Assembly: GCA_001824435.1 (NCBI GenBank)
Contig: MHXH01000018.1
Location: forward strand, 1,458 to 65,457
Direction: 5' to 3'
DNA length: 64,000 nt
Origin: Parcubacteria group bacterium RIFCSPLOWO2_01_FULL_48_18
GTDB lineage: Bacteria; Patescibacteriota; Minisyncoccia; UBA6257; WO2-01-48-18
Both the position numbers and the translations under genes were made by a program. Positions 1 through 10,086 of the stretch are shown in pieces (the stretch's first letter is position 1; each line of letters begins with the position of its first letter). The notes under the pieces are model-generated. The model was not told where the DNA came from. It was given only the letters and a program-made list of their open reading frames with translations, and did not search any database.

Positions 1-661
1 TAAAATTGGGATCGAAGAAGTATTCTTTATTTGATACAAGAAAAAATCCGTCGGCAAATTCTCCCTCAACGATAGCAACCATAGCAGGGGAAATGCCCAG
101 GCAGTCCGCAATCTTTTCCGGATCCTCCAGTCCACTTTCGTATACTGCGCCCCCCCATCCTCCGGGGCCCTCATATACAAGCCCGATCACGTTATATTCT
201 GACGGCCCGGACTGAACGAAGGATTCGTCATACAGATCTCCGCTTGGTCGAAACACGCGTTTTTCTATTTCATTGGAAATCAATATCACCGTGCGCGAAC
301 CGGCATCATAGTAATCGCTGTTTCGAGAAAGAATGACTGGGTTCGGATAAATGTCATAGACGATCGCGGATTGCCTGCGAAACTGTACTTCGTGGAACAG
401 CGCCGCCTGATCAAGCGCGTATATCATTCTGGCGCGGAGCCATCGCCATTTTTCCTCGTTTACTTCGTTTTGATCGGTCGGCACAACATAGAATGCCTTA
501 ATCCGTACTTTTTCTATGCTCGTCTCAGGGTCTCCGTAACGATGAATTTGGGATTGTGTAACTTTGACATTTTCCTCAACACGATTTTTAAAAAGAAAAA
601 GGCCGACGGCGCTTGCCGCAACCATACCGCAGAGAAGACCAACAACAAACAACCGCTTCAT
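1..661 (-). CDS. Hypothetical membrane-anchored/secreted protein, 5' portion (ATG at 661, continues past the window start); paralog of the divergent gene 707..1624
   Basis: Manual minus-strand translation from ATG at 661: MKRLFVVGLLCGMVAASAVGLF... with an N-terminal TM/signal segment. Shares blocks with 707..1624 (IKAFYVVP vs VKTIVFIPK; YDIYPNPVIL vs FDIYSDVVYG). Absent from the ORF track because there is no in-window stop. Confidence 0.5.
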   Translation of the reverse strand, partial: MKRLFVVGLLCGMVAASAVGLFLFKNRVEENVKVTQSQIHRYGDPETSIEKVRIKAFYVVPTDQNEVNEEKWRWLRARMIYALDQAALFHEVQFRRQSAIVYDIYPNPVILSRNSDYYDAGSRTVILISNEIEKRVFRPSGDLYDESFVQSGPSEYNVIGLVYEGPGGWGGAVYESGLEDPEKIADCLGISPAMVAIVEGEFADGFFLVSNKEYFFDPNF

Positions 662-688
662 AATTTCATTATATCAACTCTCAGAAAA

Positions 689-697
689 TGGTAGAAT
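689..697 (+). promoter_or_regulatory. Extended -10 element TGGTAGAAT upstream of 707..1624
   Basis: TGnTAnAAT-like motif 10 bp upstream of the ATG; the divergent intergenic region is AT-rich. Confidence 0.3.
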
Positions 698-706
698 ATA
701 GAAATA

Positions 707-1624
707 ATGACGACCCCTAAGAACAAAATCTTTATCGCCGCTCTCGGTTTTATCGTTGGCTTCTTGATTGTGGTTATTCCGATGCGGATATGGAATAACG
801 CGGATAAAGAGGGGACGGTTCCCGCCGAAGAAAAAATAGGAACCGTTCTAAAAGAAAGGGCGCAGAAGCAAGAAGTAGAAAAACCGCTTCGCCTGCATGT
901 CTACGATGATCCTGCTATATCTCTAGACAAGATTGTGGTAAAGACAATTGTCTTTATCCCGAAAAGTTCTGTGTATGCGAAAACAATTGCTGATCATAAA
1001 CAATACTATGACCAAATAATCTCATTCCTTACTACGGCGGTCATTCCGCCGATCAACCAGTTCCACGAAAGAGAATTTAGTGGGGCTTCAAAAATTCGCT
1101 TTGATATCTATTCTGACGTTGTCTACGGCAGACAAGAGGCCAGCACGTATGAGTTAAAATTTCTTCAAAAAACCAAAGAAGGTAAATTGGCAGTTATTAC
1201 TAACGAGTTACACGAGAGAATTTTTTTAAAGAGTGGGGATTTATATAGAGAAGATTTTTCCGGAAGGGCGGAGGGAGAGTATATGATTTTGTTTATTGTA
1301 TATGCTAGTCGGATACCCTTGAATCCGTACGCAATAGAGGCCGGGGTAGGTATTGCCGGCCTAGCGGCTGACATCGGAACTACGATAGTGGTATTTTCTC
1401 CAATGTTTGAACCGGAGGGAATTTACAATCTTAACGCCGCCTCGGTGGTGTATCATGAACTGGCTCATGCCATGGGCGCTCCGGAGCAGTACGATCAGTA
1501 CTCGGCTGATATGATCGAGCAAAGAAACGCTCGCGCCGATATTATGGGCATAGGCGCTTCTGAACCACTACTTACCACCTATCTCGGAAAAGATATAAAG
1601 GTTCAGATGGGCTGGCATGATTAA
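707..1624 (+). CDS. Membrane-anchored putative zinc metallopeptidase-like protein (HExxH)
   Basis: N-terminal hydrophobic helix (IFIAALGFIVGFLIVVIPM). C-terminal VVYHELAHAMGAPEQYD carries an HExxH motif. Confidence 0.55.
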   Translation: MTTPKNKIFIAALGFIVGFLIVVIPMRIWNNADKEGTVPAEEKIGTVLKERAQKQEVEKPLRLHVYDDPAISLDKIVVKTIVFIPKSSVYAKTIADHKQYYDQIISFLTTAVIPPINQFHEREFSGASKIRFDIYSDVVYGRQEASTYELKFLQKTKEGKLAVITNELHERIFLKSGDLYREDFSGRAEGEYMILFIVYASRIPLNPYAIEAGVGIAGLAADIGTTIVVFSPMFEPEGIYNLNAASVVYHELAHAMGAPEQYDQYSADMIEQRNARADIMGIGASEPLLTTYLGKDIKVQMGWHD

Positions 1625-1661
1625 CAGGGGTTGGTGTTTGTAGATCATTTGTTGTCGCCGA

Positions 1662-4600
1662 TTACTTGATGAGACTATTCAATTTCGTTCTCGTTGACGG
1701 ACCAATAAAACCGTTGCCGCTGGTTAAACCGTTCGGGGCAAGAATTTCTGATGCGTACTTTTCTTGGAAACGAATCACCGCGGCTTTGGTCAGCAATCCA
1801 AAGTAGCCGGTAACCAACCCCTCAGGATATACGCCCTCATCTTTGAGCAGCTGCTGCAAGGCCTTGACGTCGTCGCCTTTTGCGCCAAGCGCAAGATTCT
1901 TCTCAAGCCGCGAAACAGCTAACTTTAATCTCGGAACTTCTGGTTTCTTTTCAGCCAGCGCCTTGAGTTTGGCTAGGGCATTAATTTTTGCTCTCGTTGA
2001 CGAACCCACAAAGCCAGTGCCTTTTGTAAGGCCTGCCGGAACCAACACCTCTGATGCGTACTTTTCTTGGAAACGAATCACCGCGGCTTTGGTCAACAGT
2101 CCAAAATAGCCGGTAACCAATCCTTCGGGATAGACTCCTTCGTCTTTAAGGAATTGCTGCAAGGTTTTTACAGTATCTCCCGAATCTCCAAGTTTCAAAC
2201 TTTTGGCGAGCACCGGAGGCAATGCTACTGCTGGTGGCGGCACGACCACCGCTGGCGGGAGCGCAGTTACTGGCGCAGGCGGCGGTGGCGTAACCGTAGA
2301 TGGAGGTGGGGGCGGTGGAGCTACTGCCAATTGAGTTGACGAAGGCAGAGGTGTTACCGATGTCACCGGCTCAGAAGATGGCTGGGACGAAGGCGATGGT
2401 GACGACGGAGTCCCGCCTCCCCCGCTGCTTCCGGTCGAGGCAGCCGATGGAGTTGCAACCGCCGCTCCTACAATCGCAAAACGAGTCAAGTGTTCAAAGC
2501 TGCCCTTGTACGTAATCTGAAAATCTGCATAATAATCAATTCCTGTATTGGTGCCGGTGGCATTTGGATTGTCTAAACCCGACGACATATTCGAAGCGAA
2601 AGTCGCCGGATCAACAGAGACAAATGCATCGCCGGAATTATTCTTTATGAGTACATCAATTGACGTCGGAGCGCTCACCCATGATTGTGTACTTTCGTCA
2701 AAATAGGTGAGCGCTACTTCATCGATGGTGCCGAGCGCTGCAAGACTTCCAAAATCGCCGGAATCGGACATTTGCTGCTTAGTTTTTGTTATTTTGAGCG
2801 TAGAAGCCCCCGAAAGAGTAGTAATTGGAGATCCGTTTGCGTCGACAGCATCAATTTCAATGCCGGTACTTCCAACCGGGTTGGCGGTTCCAGTTATCGG
2901 AATATTGGCGGTTTCCTTAATGGTAATTTGAGCGCTGTTTTGCGATGTACCCAAGGCATTAGCCGGAAAGACCATTTCTACTCCAGAATTAGTATCGCTG
3001 TGGACTCCGCCAGCCGAAGGCGTCATCGATTTTGTTAATGGTTTATTTGTGGAGATGGTCGAACCAAGATTGATATTAAGCGTACTGGGCGGCGCATTTC
3101 CTGCATACGGACCCGCAGTTCCTTGTCCATAGCTGTCTGCGAGCGCCGAAATCGTCCATGTGCCGGCAACCGACGTTAGTTTAAGACTATAGGCGCCGTT
3201 TATATCAGCCGCAGTTGTCACAAAGCTACTATCGCTGTCTACGGCCCTCACCATTGCATTCGCAACCGCCTCTCCGCTGTCAAACGTAGAGTTTGAATTG
3301 GCATCTCTATAGACAAGCCCGGAAACGCTTAAGGTTGCTTCGTATAAGATCAGTTGGGCTCCGCTTGAACCCCCTGCTCCTACAGAAATCGCGGTTGGCT
3401 TTCCGATATAGCCCGGCTTTGAACCAACGATGGTATAGTCTCCTGCGGGCGCACGAAGCGAAAATGCTCCGGTTGAAGTTGATTTCGCGCCAACTCGATA
3501 GCGAGTTGAAGTGCTCATTACTTCCACCCAAACATCAGAGAGCGTATTGCTCGTACTATCTCTATACGTTGTTCCGGAAATGGTTACGAGCGTTGGAAGA
3601 GTAACGGTGATTGTTCGATTGACGGAGGCGTCCAAAGCAGCAGTTGAAGACGCATATCCTGTCCCCGTTGCGTTTTCCTTCGGAATGTTCATACCGTCAA
3701 GCGACAACTTCAAGATGTAGCTGGTCGAACTGGGTACTTGAAGAGAGGTACTCGTTACATTTTGAGCTTCAAACACGTTGCCTCGGTTCGTGCTTGGATC
3801 AAAGACATCAACGAAAAGCTTCGTTGTGGTGGTTGAAAAATTGAATGTAATGGTGTTAGGCGCGCCGGCAACGATATTTCTTCCGGTTGCGTCTGTTGAA
3901 GAAACATCTACAGTTATCTTACCTAATTCTCCTACCGTTGGAGAAAATGACCTGATCGTGTATGTATCCGACGCGCCGGTATTCGCCGGAACCTTCAAGG
4001 TGTAACTGCCAGAAGCATTGGTTAGGGCATCGTTGAATCTATACACGCTCGAGATAAGCGCTTCTGCGTAGACATTCACATTTGAGAACTCTTCGCCGGC
4101 GTCACAGCTTGAATTGCCGTTATTGTCTCGGCATACGGTTCCGGAAATTGATCTAAAGGTAACACCGGCAGTAGTCGGAGAGAAATTTATGCCGGTTGCG
4201 TTTGCGCCGGAAACCACTACGGTTCTCTCCGGAAGCGAGCCAAAACCGGGAATAAACGCCCCTACATTCCACGTGCCGTTCCCGACATATAGCGTATAGA
4301 GGCCCGAGGCATCGGTGTATGCTTCAGTGTGCCCCAGGCCGTCAGTGCGGTATGCATAAATTGATGCTCCTTGCACGACGTTACTCGAATCGTCGACTGC
4401 CTTGCCGCTGATCGAAAAATCTGGTTTTACAACTTTAATAACGATGTTGGCTTTTGGAGTTGGGTCGCTGCCGATAAATAACTGACCGGCCGAGTCGATG
4501 CGAACAGAAATTTCATTGCCCGACGGCATTCCCGGAACGAATACTCCTGCCAGAAACATGCCCTCTATAGCTCTAAGCGAAAAGCTTCCATCCGAACCGG

Positions 4601-7600
4601 TTTGCGCACGCGTTCCCATCTTTTCTATCGGCGAGTACGCATACACTTCTGCTCCGCCGATCCCGAGACCCGATCCGTTAACAACTTGTCCCGTTACAGT
4701 TTTATCTGCAACTCTAATATTGAACGTGGCAGTAGCAATAGTAACAGCGCATGCCGAGGGGCAACCGGAAACTTCTATGTCAAGCGGCTGGGGCATTATC
4801 CAGTTTGGCGGTGTGGGCGGTCCGGCGAAGAAGAAGCTTAAACCCTTGGGCATTGCCGGTCCTACGCCCACAAACCAACGGCCATTTTGGTTGAGATAGA
4901 GGGTGGTGATGGCAGGATCTGAGGCAGAGCGACTGCCGGCGCCGGGCGTTACAGTCCGTACCGAAAAGTTAGCTGGACCGCCGGCAAGAACGTCTAGTTC
5001 TTCAGAGGCCGAGAAAGTATTCGTAGCATGCGTTAATTTGACTGCAATTCCTACTGCGGCGGTACTTGATACAGGGGTGACAGTAAAGTTACGCGTGCAG
5101 ATGTTTGAAACACAGGACGCGCTATCCACTCGCACCGGTGTTGGAAAAGAACTGCCAACGTAATCAGCGCCGCCGACAGTAAAGAACGGTTCGGTAACTA
5201 CAAAGTAATCTCCTCCGACAAGGCTATCGGCCGAATATCTTCCGTCATCCGAGCTCGTGCCAAAGGTCAAATTTGCAGTGACAAGTGGTGCGGGGCCGGT
5301 CATCGGAGAGAACACGACTAGCCGCGCGTCGTTAATTGCCGCTCCGGAAGAAGCATTGGTGATTTGGCCGCGGAGCGTAAAATTGCCGCCGGCTAGAATG
5401 AAGAATGCTTCGGCGCCCACCGATTCAAGAAGCGTGCCGGACGCATCATAGGTTTTCATACCCACTGTATAGCCGCCGGTATTGAAGTCTCGAGGGATGG
5501 CCGTATTTTTGATTCCTGCAATATCAAGATGAATGAAGTCGTGTTGGTCTCCGGATTCGGATCTTGTTGTACCCGCAAGCGTTATTTTTACGACGTTTGA
5601 AACCGTATCAATCGTTACGCCGTCGTCCGAGGCGCCGCCGCTTGCCTCCGTCGAGGTTGAAAACGCGGGCGTTCCGGGTCCGGGACCGTTCAGATCATTG
5701 TTTGTCGGGCTTTGCGGTTCCTTTTTTGCTCCTCCGATGCCAAATCCAGACGGAAATGTCAGCTCAATGCGCCCGCCGCTAGGAATCTGTTTTGAAATCG
5801 GGAGCTCCACGCCATATGTCGTAGTGGCATTCGGCAGCATGGAGAACGGAAACACATGAGCAGATGGAATAAAACCGATAGTGCCGCCGGGTGGAGGAGT
5901 CATCGGGCCCATCACCGAGCCCGCGCCAGGATCAAGCTCGCCGCCAAAAAATGATGCTTGTTCCACCGTACCGTTAAATGTGCTGGTTGCCGACAGATTA
6001 CCAATAAGATCGGGCAATGGGCTTATAATCAGTTTAAAACTGTTGCCCGGCACCAGTTTAAGGTTTTCTACAAATATGGTGTTATCTACCTCGTCATAAT
6101 CAATCCGCTGTCCGCCGATCGCAGAGAGCACTACCGGCGTTCCGCTCGGACTCTCAAAAGAGTACTTCGAAAAGAGTGTTACTTCTCCGGTCGGAACCGG
6201 TTCAGAGAAAGTGACGGCCGCGCCGAAATCATGAGCCCTTGCAAATACAACTGCGGGTCCAGCAGTATCGGTATTGGCTGATTCTACTGTGAAATTAAGA
6301 TTATAGTCATCGCCTGCGGTGCCGTTGCCGTCGCCATCAAACTGAAGCCCCACTATATTTTTAACCCCGCTTGCTCCGCTTTTTATCGTAAGGCGATAGT
6401 TTCTGCCCAAAACGAAAGGATTTGTAGCAACAAAGAAAACATCTTTATTAAAGAAGTCGTACTCAAAGATTCCGGGAAATTCAATATCGTCGGTGGAGGT
6501 AGCGGCAAACACGTTGTCCGGGCCGGCATCCTTGAGCACGACGTTCGTAGTGCCGAAAATAGTTGCCGGATCAAGGTCGTCGTCAGAATGAGCAATAATT
6601 TTCGTCTTAGTCCGTTGAAGGTTGGTTGCGCCCGCAGCAGGGATTGAGGCTACAACCTTGGGCGGCGTGGCGTCGTTTGAGGCCAAGGTTTCAAACGAGG
6701 CAAAAAACGGCGAACCGAGAAAAATATTGTCTTTGCTTTTTACTCCGGTGGTAACTCCTATCTCATAGCGCGAACTTGAAGCAAACGTTGCATCAAATTG
6801 GACCACTTCATCATTAAATGCCAAAGGGAGCGTAAAGTTTGAAGTTGTAACTGCGATTTTTGTTCCGTCAGTATTTAGTTTTGAAAGGTTGATCGTGCCG
6901 CTGTTTGCGCTGGAACTGGCAATTTTGGCCGTAAATTTGATTCCAACTTTAGAGATGTTCGGTGGTACTACCGATCCGGGGAAAGGCATGGTACCTTCCA
7001 CAAACGGCGGGAACGTTGGCGTTATGGTTCCGGACCCAACCGAAAATACTACCCGGAACGATATTCCATCAGTTGATGTTGCGCCCTGGCCATTTACTAA
7101 CCTTCCCGATTGATTCAATGCTTGACCCGCGAAATCTTTAACGCACGTAGTGCAGCTTGAAGTAGCGCCGCCTAAAACTTTAAATACATATGTAGTGCCC
7201 CCCTCAAGCGCGGCCCTGAATTCATACGGCGGCTTCGTGAAATCGTTCGGGTCGTTGATAACCACGGTGCCGGAAACCGATATGTCGTCTCCTGTTTCTG
7301 CTTGTCCGTCCGGCCCTACTTTTCGAAGGAGGACGGTTGAGCTTGTGATCGTGAGATTGTCGACCGGTTCATTGAAACCGAATCCGATACTGGGAATATC
7401 GCGCGGAATATTTGAATCATTGGGGCCCGGGAAGCTGAACTGAACGTACGGCGGACCTGTATCTCCTTGCGGGCCACCGGATGGAAATTCGCTGGCGCTC
7501 AAACTATTTTGAGGAGTAGAGGTCGTCTGCGTCACAAAATTAGCGGCGTTATTGTCAGTATCATAACCATTGCCGCCAAAAACATCGGAAATGTCGCTGT

Positions 7601-9905
7601 CACCCGACCCGGAATCAAACATCGAGTCAGCATTCGAAGTCGATCGCGCTTTTCGTTCAAGAGAGTTATTTAGGCCCAATTGCGGCGACGATGAACCCTC
7701 TACGAGACCCTGCGTTCCCCAGCCAAGCCGATCAATAATTCCTTGCGCGTCTGCCGCGATCGGCGAGAGACTTATGGTAACCCCGCTTGAGGTAGCAAGC
7801 GTTGTACCCACGGGGTTATACGTAGCATCAGGAGAGGTTATATCAGAATAACCGCTCTCCGGGGTAAATAAGTAGAAGCTCCTCGGTTGGAGCACCGAAC
7901 GGTTAACCGTAAGAGCCTTATGGGATGCGGTCGAACTTGCGTCGGCAAGGTGCAGAAATATCCGCTGTGGAGAAGTACGGGCAAGCTTAAGATCCCCGTT
8001 GGTAAAGTCTTGATAGATAACAAAATAGGTGCTCGCGTCGTACGCGTATAGAGATGTGTATCGGCCGACGTCTCCGATATTGTCCAAGGTGTAAAACGTC
8101 CATGTCGTTCCACCGTTTACTGATTTTGCAAATTTAAGATTGTTATTGGCGGCATCTAGATACGTAATAAAAATCGTGCTTGCATCGATCGCAACAAGAG
8201 ATGTGTATTGGCCGACGCTGCCTTGAGAGTCTATGGTTGAGGTAGTCCACGAAGCACCGCCGTTTACGGTTTTGGCGAAACGAAGATCTAATCCATCCGA
8301 TTCGTAATAGCTGATAAAGTATGTGTTCGCGTTGACTGCCCGGATGGATGTTTGCCCGTAGATATTCCCGGCCGCATCAATGGTTGTAGTGCTAAATACT
8401 GCGCCGCCGTCTGTGGACTTCGCGAACTTCAAATCTCCATTACCATGATTCCGGTAGCTTACGATAATGGTGCTTGTGCCGATTCCGTGCACCGAAGTGT
8501 TTTGGCCCATTACGACTCCGGCTGAGTCGAGCGTTGATGTTGTCCACGCTGCGCCGCCGTTGTTTGACCTTGCAAAACGAAGCGACGTAGCGCCCGTATT
8601 GTCGTAGTAACTGATGTAGAAATTGCTGGCGTCCGAGGCGTAGAGCGAAAGATCACGCCCTTGATCTCCCGCGCTATCTATGGTTGAAGTTGTCCATGCT
8701 GTGCCGCCGTTTGTGGATTTTGCGAACTTTAGGTCGAGCGCGGTGAAATCAAAGTAAGCGATAAAAATCGTGCTTGTGCCGATTGATTGCAAGGCGCTGT
8801 ACGACCCCACGTCGTTAGCGCCCCCGTTATCGACAACCACTGTTGTCCAGCTTGATCCGCTGTCCAAAGATTTTGCGAACTTAAGATTACCGTTCGTATT
8901 GTCGTAATAGCTCGCGTAGAGCGTTTGCGCGTCTACCGCGATAATTTGCATCGGTCCCGAACCGATTTCGCCCGTCGTATCAATCGGCCCCGTGGACCAA
9001 TTCGTCCCTCCGGGAGAAAGGTTAAGCGCCATGTCGCCCGTATTATAAAGCTCGACAAATTCATTGAGTTCGTTTCCGGTCTTTCCTCTTCGAACTTCAG
9101 AAATCTTTAGGTTGGGAGTAATACGGTGCGTTGTGGTCGCGATCGCATTGCCGACAATATCTTTAAAATCGGCGCCGATCTGAAGCGTATCTCCCGGAGC
9201 AAACGTAATTACGGCTCCCGTAGCGCTTATATTCACGATTTGCCGATTTCTACAGGCAGAAGGGGGGTCGCATATTATTCCCGGAAGCTGGGTTTGCACC
9301 TCCGAATCACCAGAATTCTCGGTTGAAATGACGTAGGTTGAAGTGACGCCGCTTACTCCCGAAAATCGTAAATCTTCATTGGCAAAGACTAAAATAGAAC
9401 CGGTGTTTTGAAGCACAACGTTTCGTATGACGGGCGCCGCAGTATCTTCGGTTCCTGGAGTAAATTGGATAGTTGATGATCCGGTGACGCACGCTTCATT
9501 CGCGTTATTCCAAATTTGACTTGCGGCACAGGCGATCGAAAGCTGACCCGATGATGTAACGTTTAGATTGGGGCTTATGGTGAGGGAAATGACTCGGTCT
9601 CCCGGTTCGGGAAAGGTATCGGGACTTAACGTATACGCGCTTGAACTTGCGCCGGTCAAGGCAAAATCTGTTGATGTCACCGCGCCGATTGAGCCGGTGG
9701 CGGTGTAAAGCGGTTGATCGAAAATAAGCCCAATTTTATTTTGTCCGTTTTTCCATTTGAGTTCGGTAAGCTGCGGCGCAGCCGCGAACGCATCGTCTGC
9801 GGGAAAAACAGAGAAAAATAAAAAAACGCCGACTGCGACGCAAAAAATAACAACTTTTTTAGGGATCGTCGCCGTGGCCAAAAATTCTTGAAATGCGTTT
9901 ATCAT
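1662..9905 (-). CDS. Giant secreted cell-surface protein (about 2747 aa). It has a lamin-tail-like segment, Asp-box/BNR-like beta-propeller repeats, multiple CarboxypepD_reg-like beta-sandwich domains, a Pro-rich linker and two C-terminal peptidoglycan-binding (PG_binding_1) repeats.
   Basis: The ORF runs 1662..10172. The probable start is the in-frame ATG at 9905 (MINAFQEF...), which gives an immediate signal peptide; the upstream 267 nt overlap the 10087-10272 inverted-repeat element. Repeats LKFAKS(x)NGG(x)WTT recur about 8 times with about 44-aa spacing. ISEV..NELNEFVELYNTGD is lamin-tail-like. Domains of the form G.V.D..G.P..GA.V.......TDA.G.Y.L are present. The PPPPPPSTVTPPPPAP linker precedes 2x LKLGDSGDTVKTLQQFLKDEGVYPEGLVTGYFGLLTKAAVIRFQ. 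Confidence 0.8.
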   Translation of the reverse strand: MINAFQEFLATATIPKKVVIFCVAVGVFLFFSVFPADDAFAAAPQLTELKWKNGQNKIGLIFDQPLYTATGSIGAVTSTDFALTGASSSAYTLSPDTFPEPGDRVISLTISPNLNVTSSGQLSIACAASQIWNNANEACVTGSSTIQFTPGTEDTAAPVIRNVVLQNTGSILVFANEDLRFSGVSGVTSTYVISTENSGDSEVQTQLPGIICDPPSACRNRQIVNISATGAVITFAPGDTLQIGADFKDIVGNAIATTTHRITPNLKISEVRRGKTGNELNEFVELYNTGDMALNLSPGGTNWSTGPIDTTGEIGSGPMQIIAVDAQTLYASYYDNTNGNLKFAKSLDSGSSWTTVVVDNGGANDVGSYSALQSIGTSTIFIAYFDFTALDLKFAKSTNGGTAWTTSTIDSAGDQGRDLSLYASDASNFYISYYDNTGATSLRFARSNNGGAAWTTSTLDSAGVVMGQNTSVHGIGTSTIIVSYRNHGNGDLKFAKSTDGGAVFSTTTIDAAGNIYGQTSIRAVNANTYFISYYESDGLDLRFAKTVNGGASWTTSTIDSQGSVGQYTSLVAIDASTIFITYLDAANNNLKFAKSVNGGTTWTFYTLDNIGDVGRYTSLYAYDASTYFVIYQDFTNGDLKLARTSPQRIFLHLADASSTASHKALTVNRSVLQPRSFYLFTPESGYSDITSPDATYNPVGTTLATSSGVTISLSPIAADAQGIIDRLGWGTQGLVEGSSSPQLGLNNSLERKARSTSNADSMFDSGSGDSDISDVFGGNGYDTDNNAANFVTQTTSTPQNSLSASEFPSGGPQGDTGPPYVQFSFPGPNDSNIPRDIPSIGFGFNEPVDNLTITSSTVLLRKVGPDGQAETGDDISVSGTVVINDPNDFTKPPYEFRAALEGGTTYVFKVLGGATSSCTTCVKDFAGQALNQSGRLVNGQGATSTDGISFRVVFSVGSGTITPTFPPFVEGTMPFPGSVVPPNISKVGIKFTAKIASSSANSGTINLSKLNTDGTKIAVTTSNFTLPLAFNDEVVQFDATFASSSRYEIGVTTGVKSKDNIFLGSPFFASFETLASNDATPPKVVASIPAAGATNLQRTKTKIIAHSDDDLDPATIFGTTNVVLKDAGPDNVFAATSTDDIEFPGIFEYDFFNKDVFFVATNPFVLGRNYRLTIKSGASGVKNIVGLQFDGDGNGTAGDDYNLNFTVESANTDTAGPAVVFARAHDFGAAVTFSEPVPTGEVTLFSKYSFESPSGTPVVLSAIGGQRIDYDEVDNTIFVENLKLVPGNSFKLIISPLPDLIGNLSATSTFNGTVEQASFFGGELDPGAGSVMGPMTPPPGGTIGFIPSAHVFPFSMLPNATTTYGVELPISKQIPSGGRIELTFPSGFGIGGAKKEPQSPTNNDLNGPGPGTPAFSTSTEASGGASDDGVTIDTVSNVVKITLAGTTRSESGDQHDFIHLDIAGIKNTAIPRDFNTGGYTVGMKTYDASGTLLESVGAEAFFILAGGNFTLRGQITNASSGAAINDARLVVFSPMTGPAPLVTANLTFGTSSDDGRYSADSLVGGDYFVVTEPFFTVGGADYVGSSFPTPVRVDSASCVSNICTRNFTVTPVSSTAAVGIAVKLTHATNTFSASEELDVLAGGPANFSVRTVTPGAGSRSASDPAITTLYLNQNGRWFVGVGPAMPKGLSFFFAGPPTPPNWIMPQPLDIEVSGCPSACAVTIATATFNIRVADKTVTGQVVNGSGLGIGGAEVYAYSPIEKMGTRAQTGSDGSFSLRAIEGMFLAGVFVPGMPSGNEISVRIDSAGQLFIGSDPTPKANIVIKVVKPDFSISGKAVDDSSNVVQGASIYAYRTDGLGHTEAYTDASGLYTLYVGNGTWNVGAFIPGFGSLPERTVVVSGANATGINFSPTTAGVTFRSISGTVCRDNNGNSSCDAGEEFSNVNVYAEALISSVYRFNDALTNASGSYTLKVPANTGASDTYTIRSFSPTVGELGKITVDVSSTDATGRNIVAGAPNTITFNFSTTTTKLFVDVFDPSTNRGNVFEAQNVTSTSLQVPSSTSYILKLSLDGMNIPKENATGTGYASSTAALDASVNRTITVTLPTLVTISGTTYRDSTSNTLSDVWVEVMSTSTRYRVGAKSTSTGAFSLRAPAGDYTIVGSKPGYIGKPTAISVGAGGSSGAQLILYEATLSVSGLVYRDANSNSTFDSGEAVANAMVRAVDSDSSFVTTAADINGAYSLKLTSVAGTWTISALADSYGQGTAGPYAGNAPPSTLNINLGSTISTNKPLTKSMTPSAGGVHSDTNSGVEMVFPANALGTSQNSAQITIKETANIPITGTANPVGSTGIEIDAVDANGSPITTLSGASTLKITKTKQQMSDSGDFGSLAALGTIDEVALTYFDESTQSWVSAPTSIDVLIKNNSGDAFVSVDPATFASNMSSGLDNPNATGTNTGIDYYADFQITYKGSFEHLTRFAIVGAAVATPSAASTGSSGGGGTPSSPSPSSQPSSEPVTSVTPLPSSTQLAVAPPPPPPSTVTPPPPAPVTALPPAVVVPPPAVALPPVLAKSLKLGDSGDTVKTLQQFLKDEGVYPEGLVTGYFGLLTKAAVIRFQEKYASEVLVPAGLTKGTGFVGSSTRAKINALAKLKALAEKKPEVPRLKLAVSRLEKNLALGAKGDDVKALQQLLKDEGVYPEGLVTGYFGLLTKAAVIRFQEKYASEILAPNGLTSGNGFIGPSTRTKLNSLIK

Positions 9906-10086
9906 AATTTTACGCCCGACGAATCCGTCCGCCAAAAACAGTACAGTATTGAAGTCATTATAATAAATCCGTGTAGAATCGCAAAACAGAGGACCTGTGG
10001 ATAAGTAGAAACATTGCTTGGGTTTTTCTTTGATACGTTTTTGATGATTTATAAAACCGCATTCTAAGACTCCCAAGTTCTTCAAG

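Noticed and set aside
1843-9326. About 35 plus-strand ORFs of 60-130 aa overlapping the giant minus-strand gene
   Set aside because: All lie antisense or out of frame inside a 8.2-kb ORF whose translation shows coherent domain repeats. They have no motifs and are typical shadow ORFs of a GC-skewed repetitive gene.
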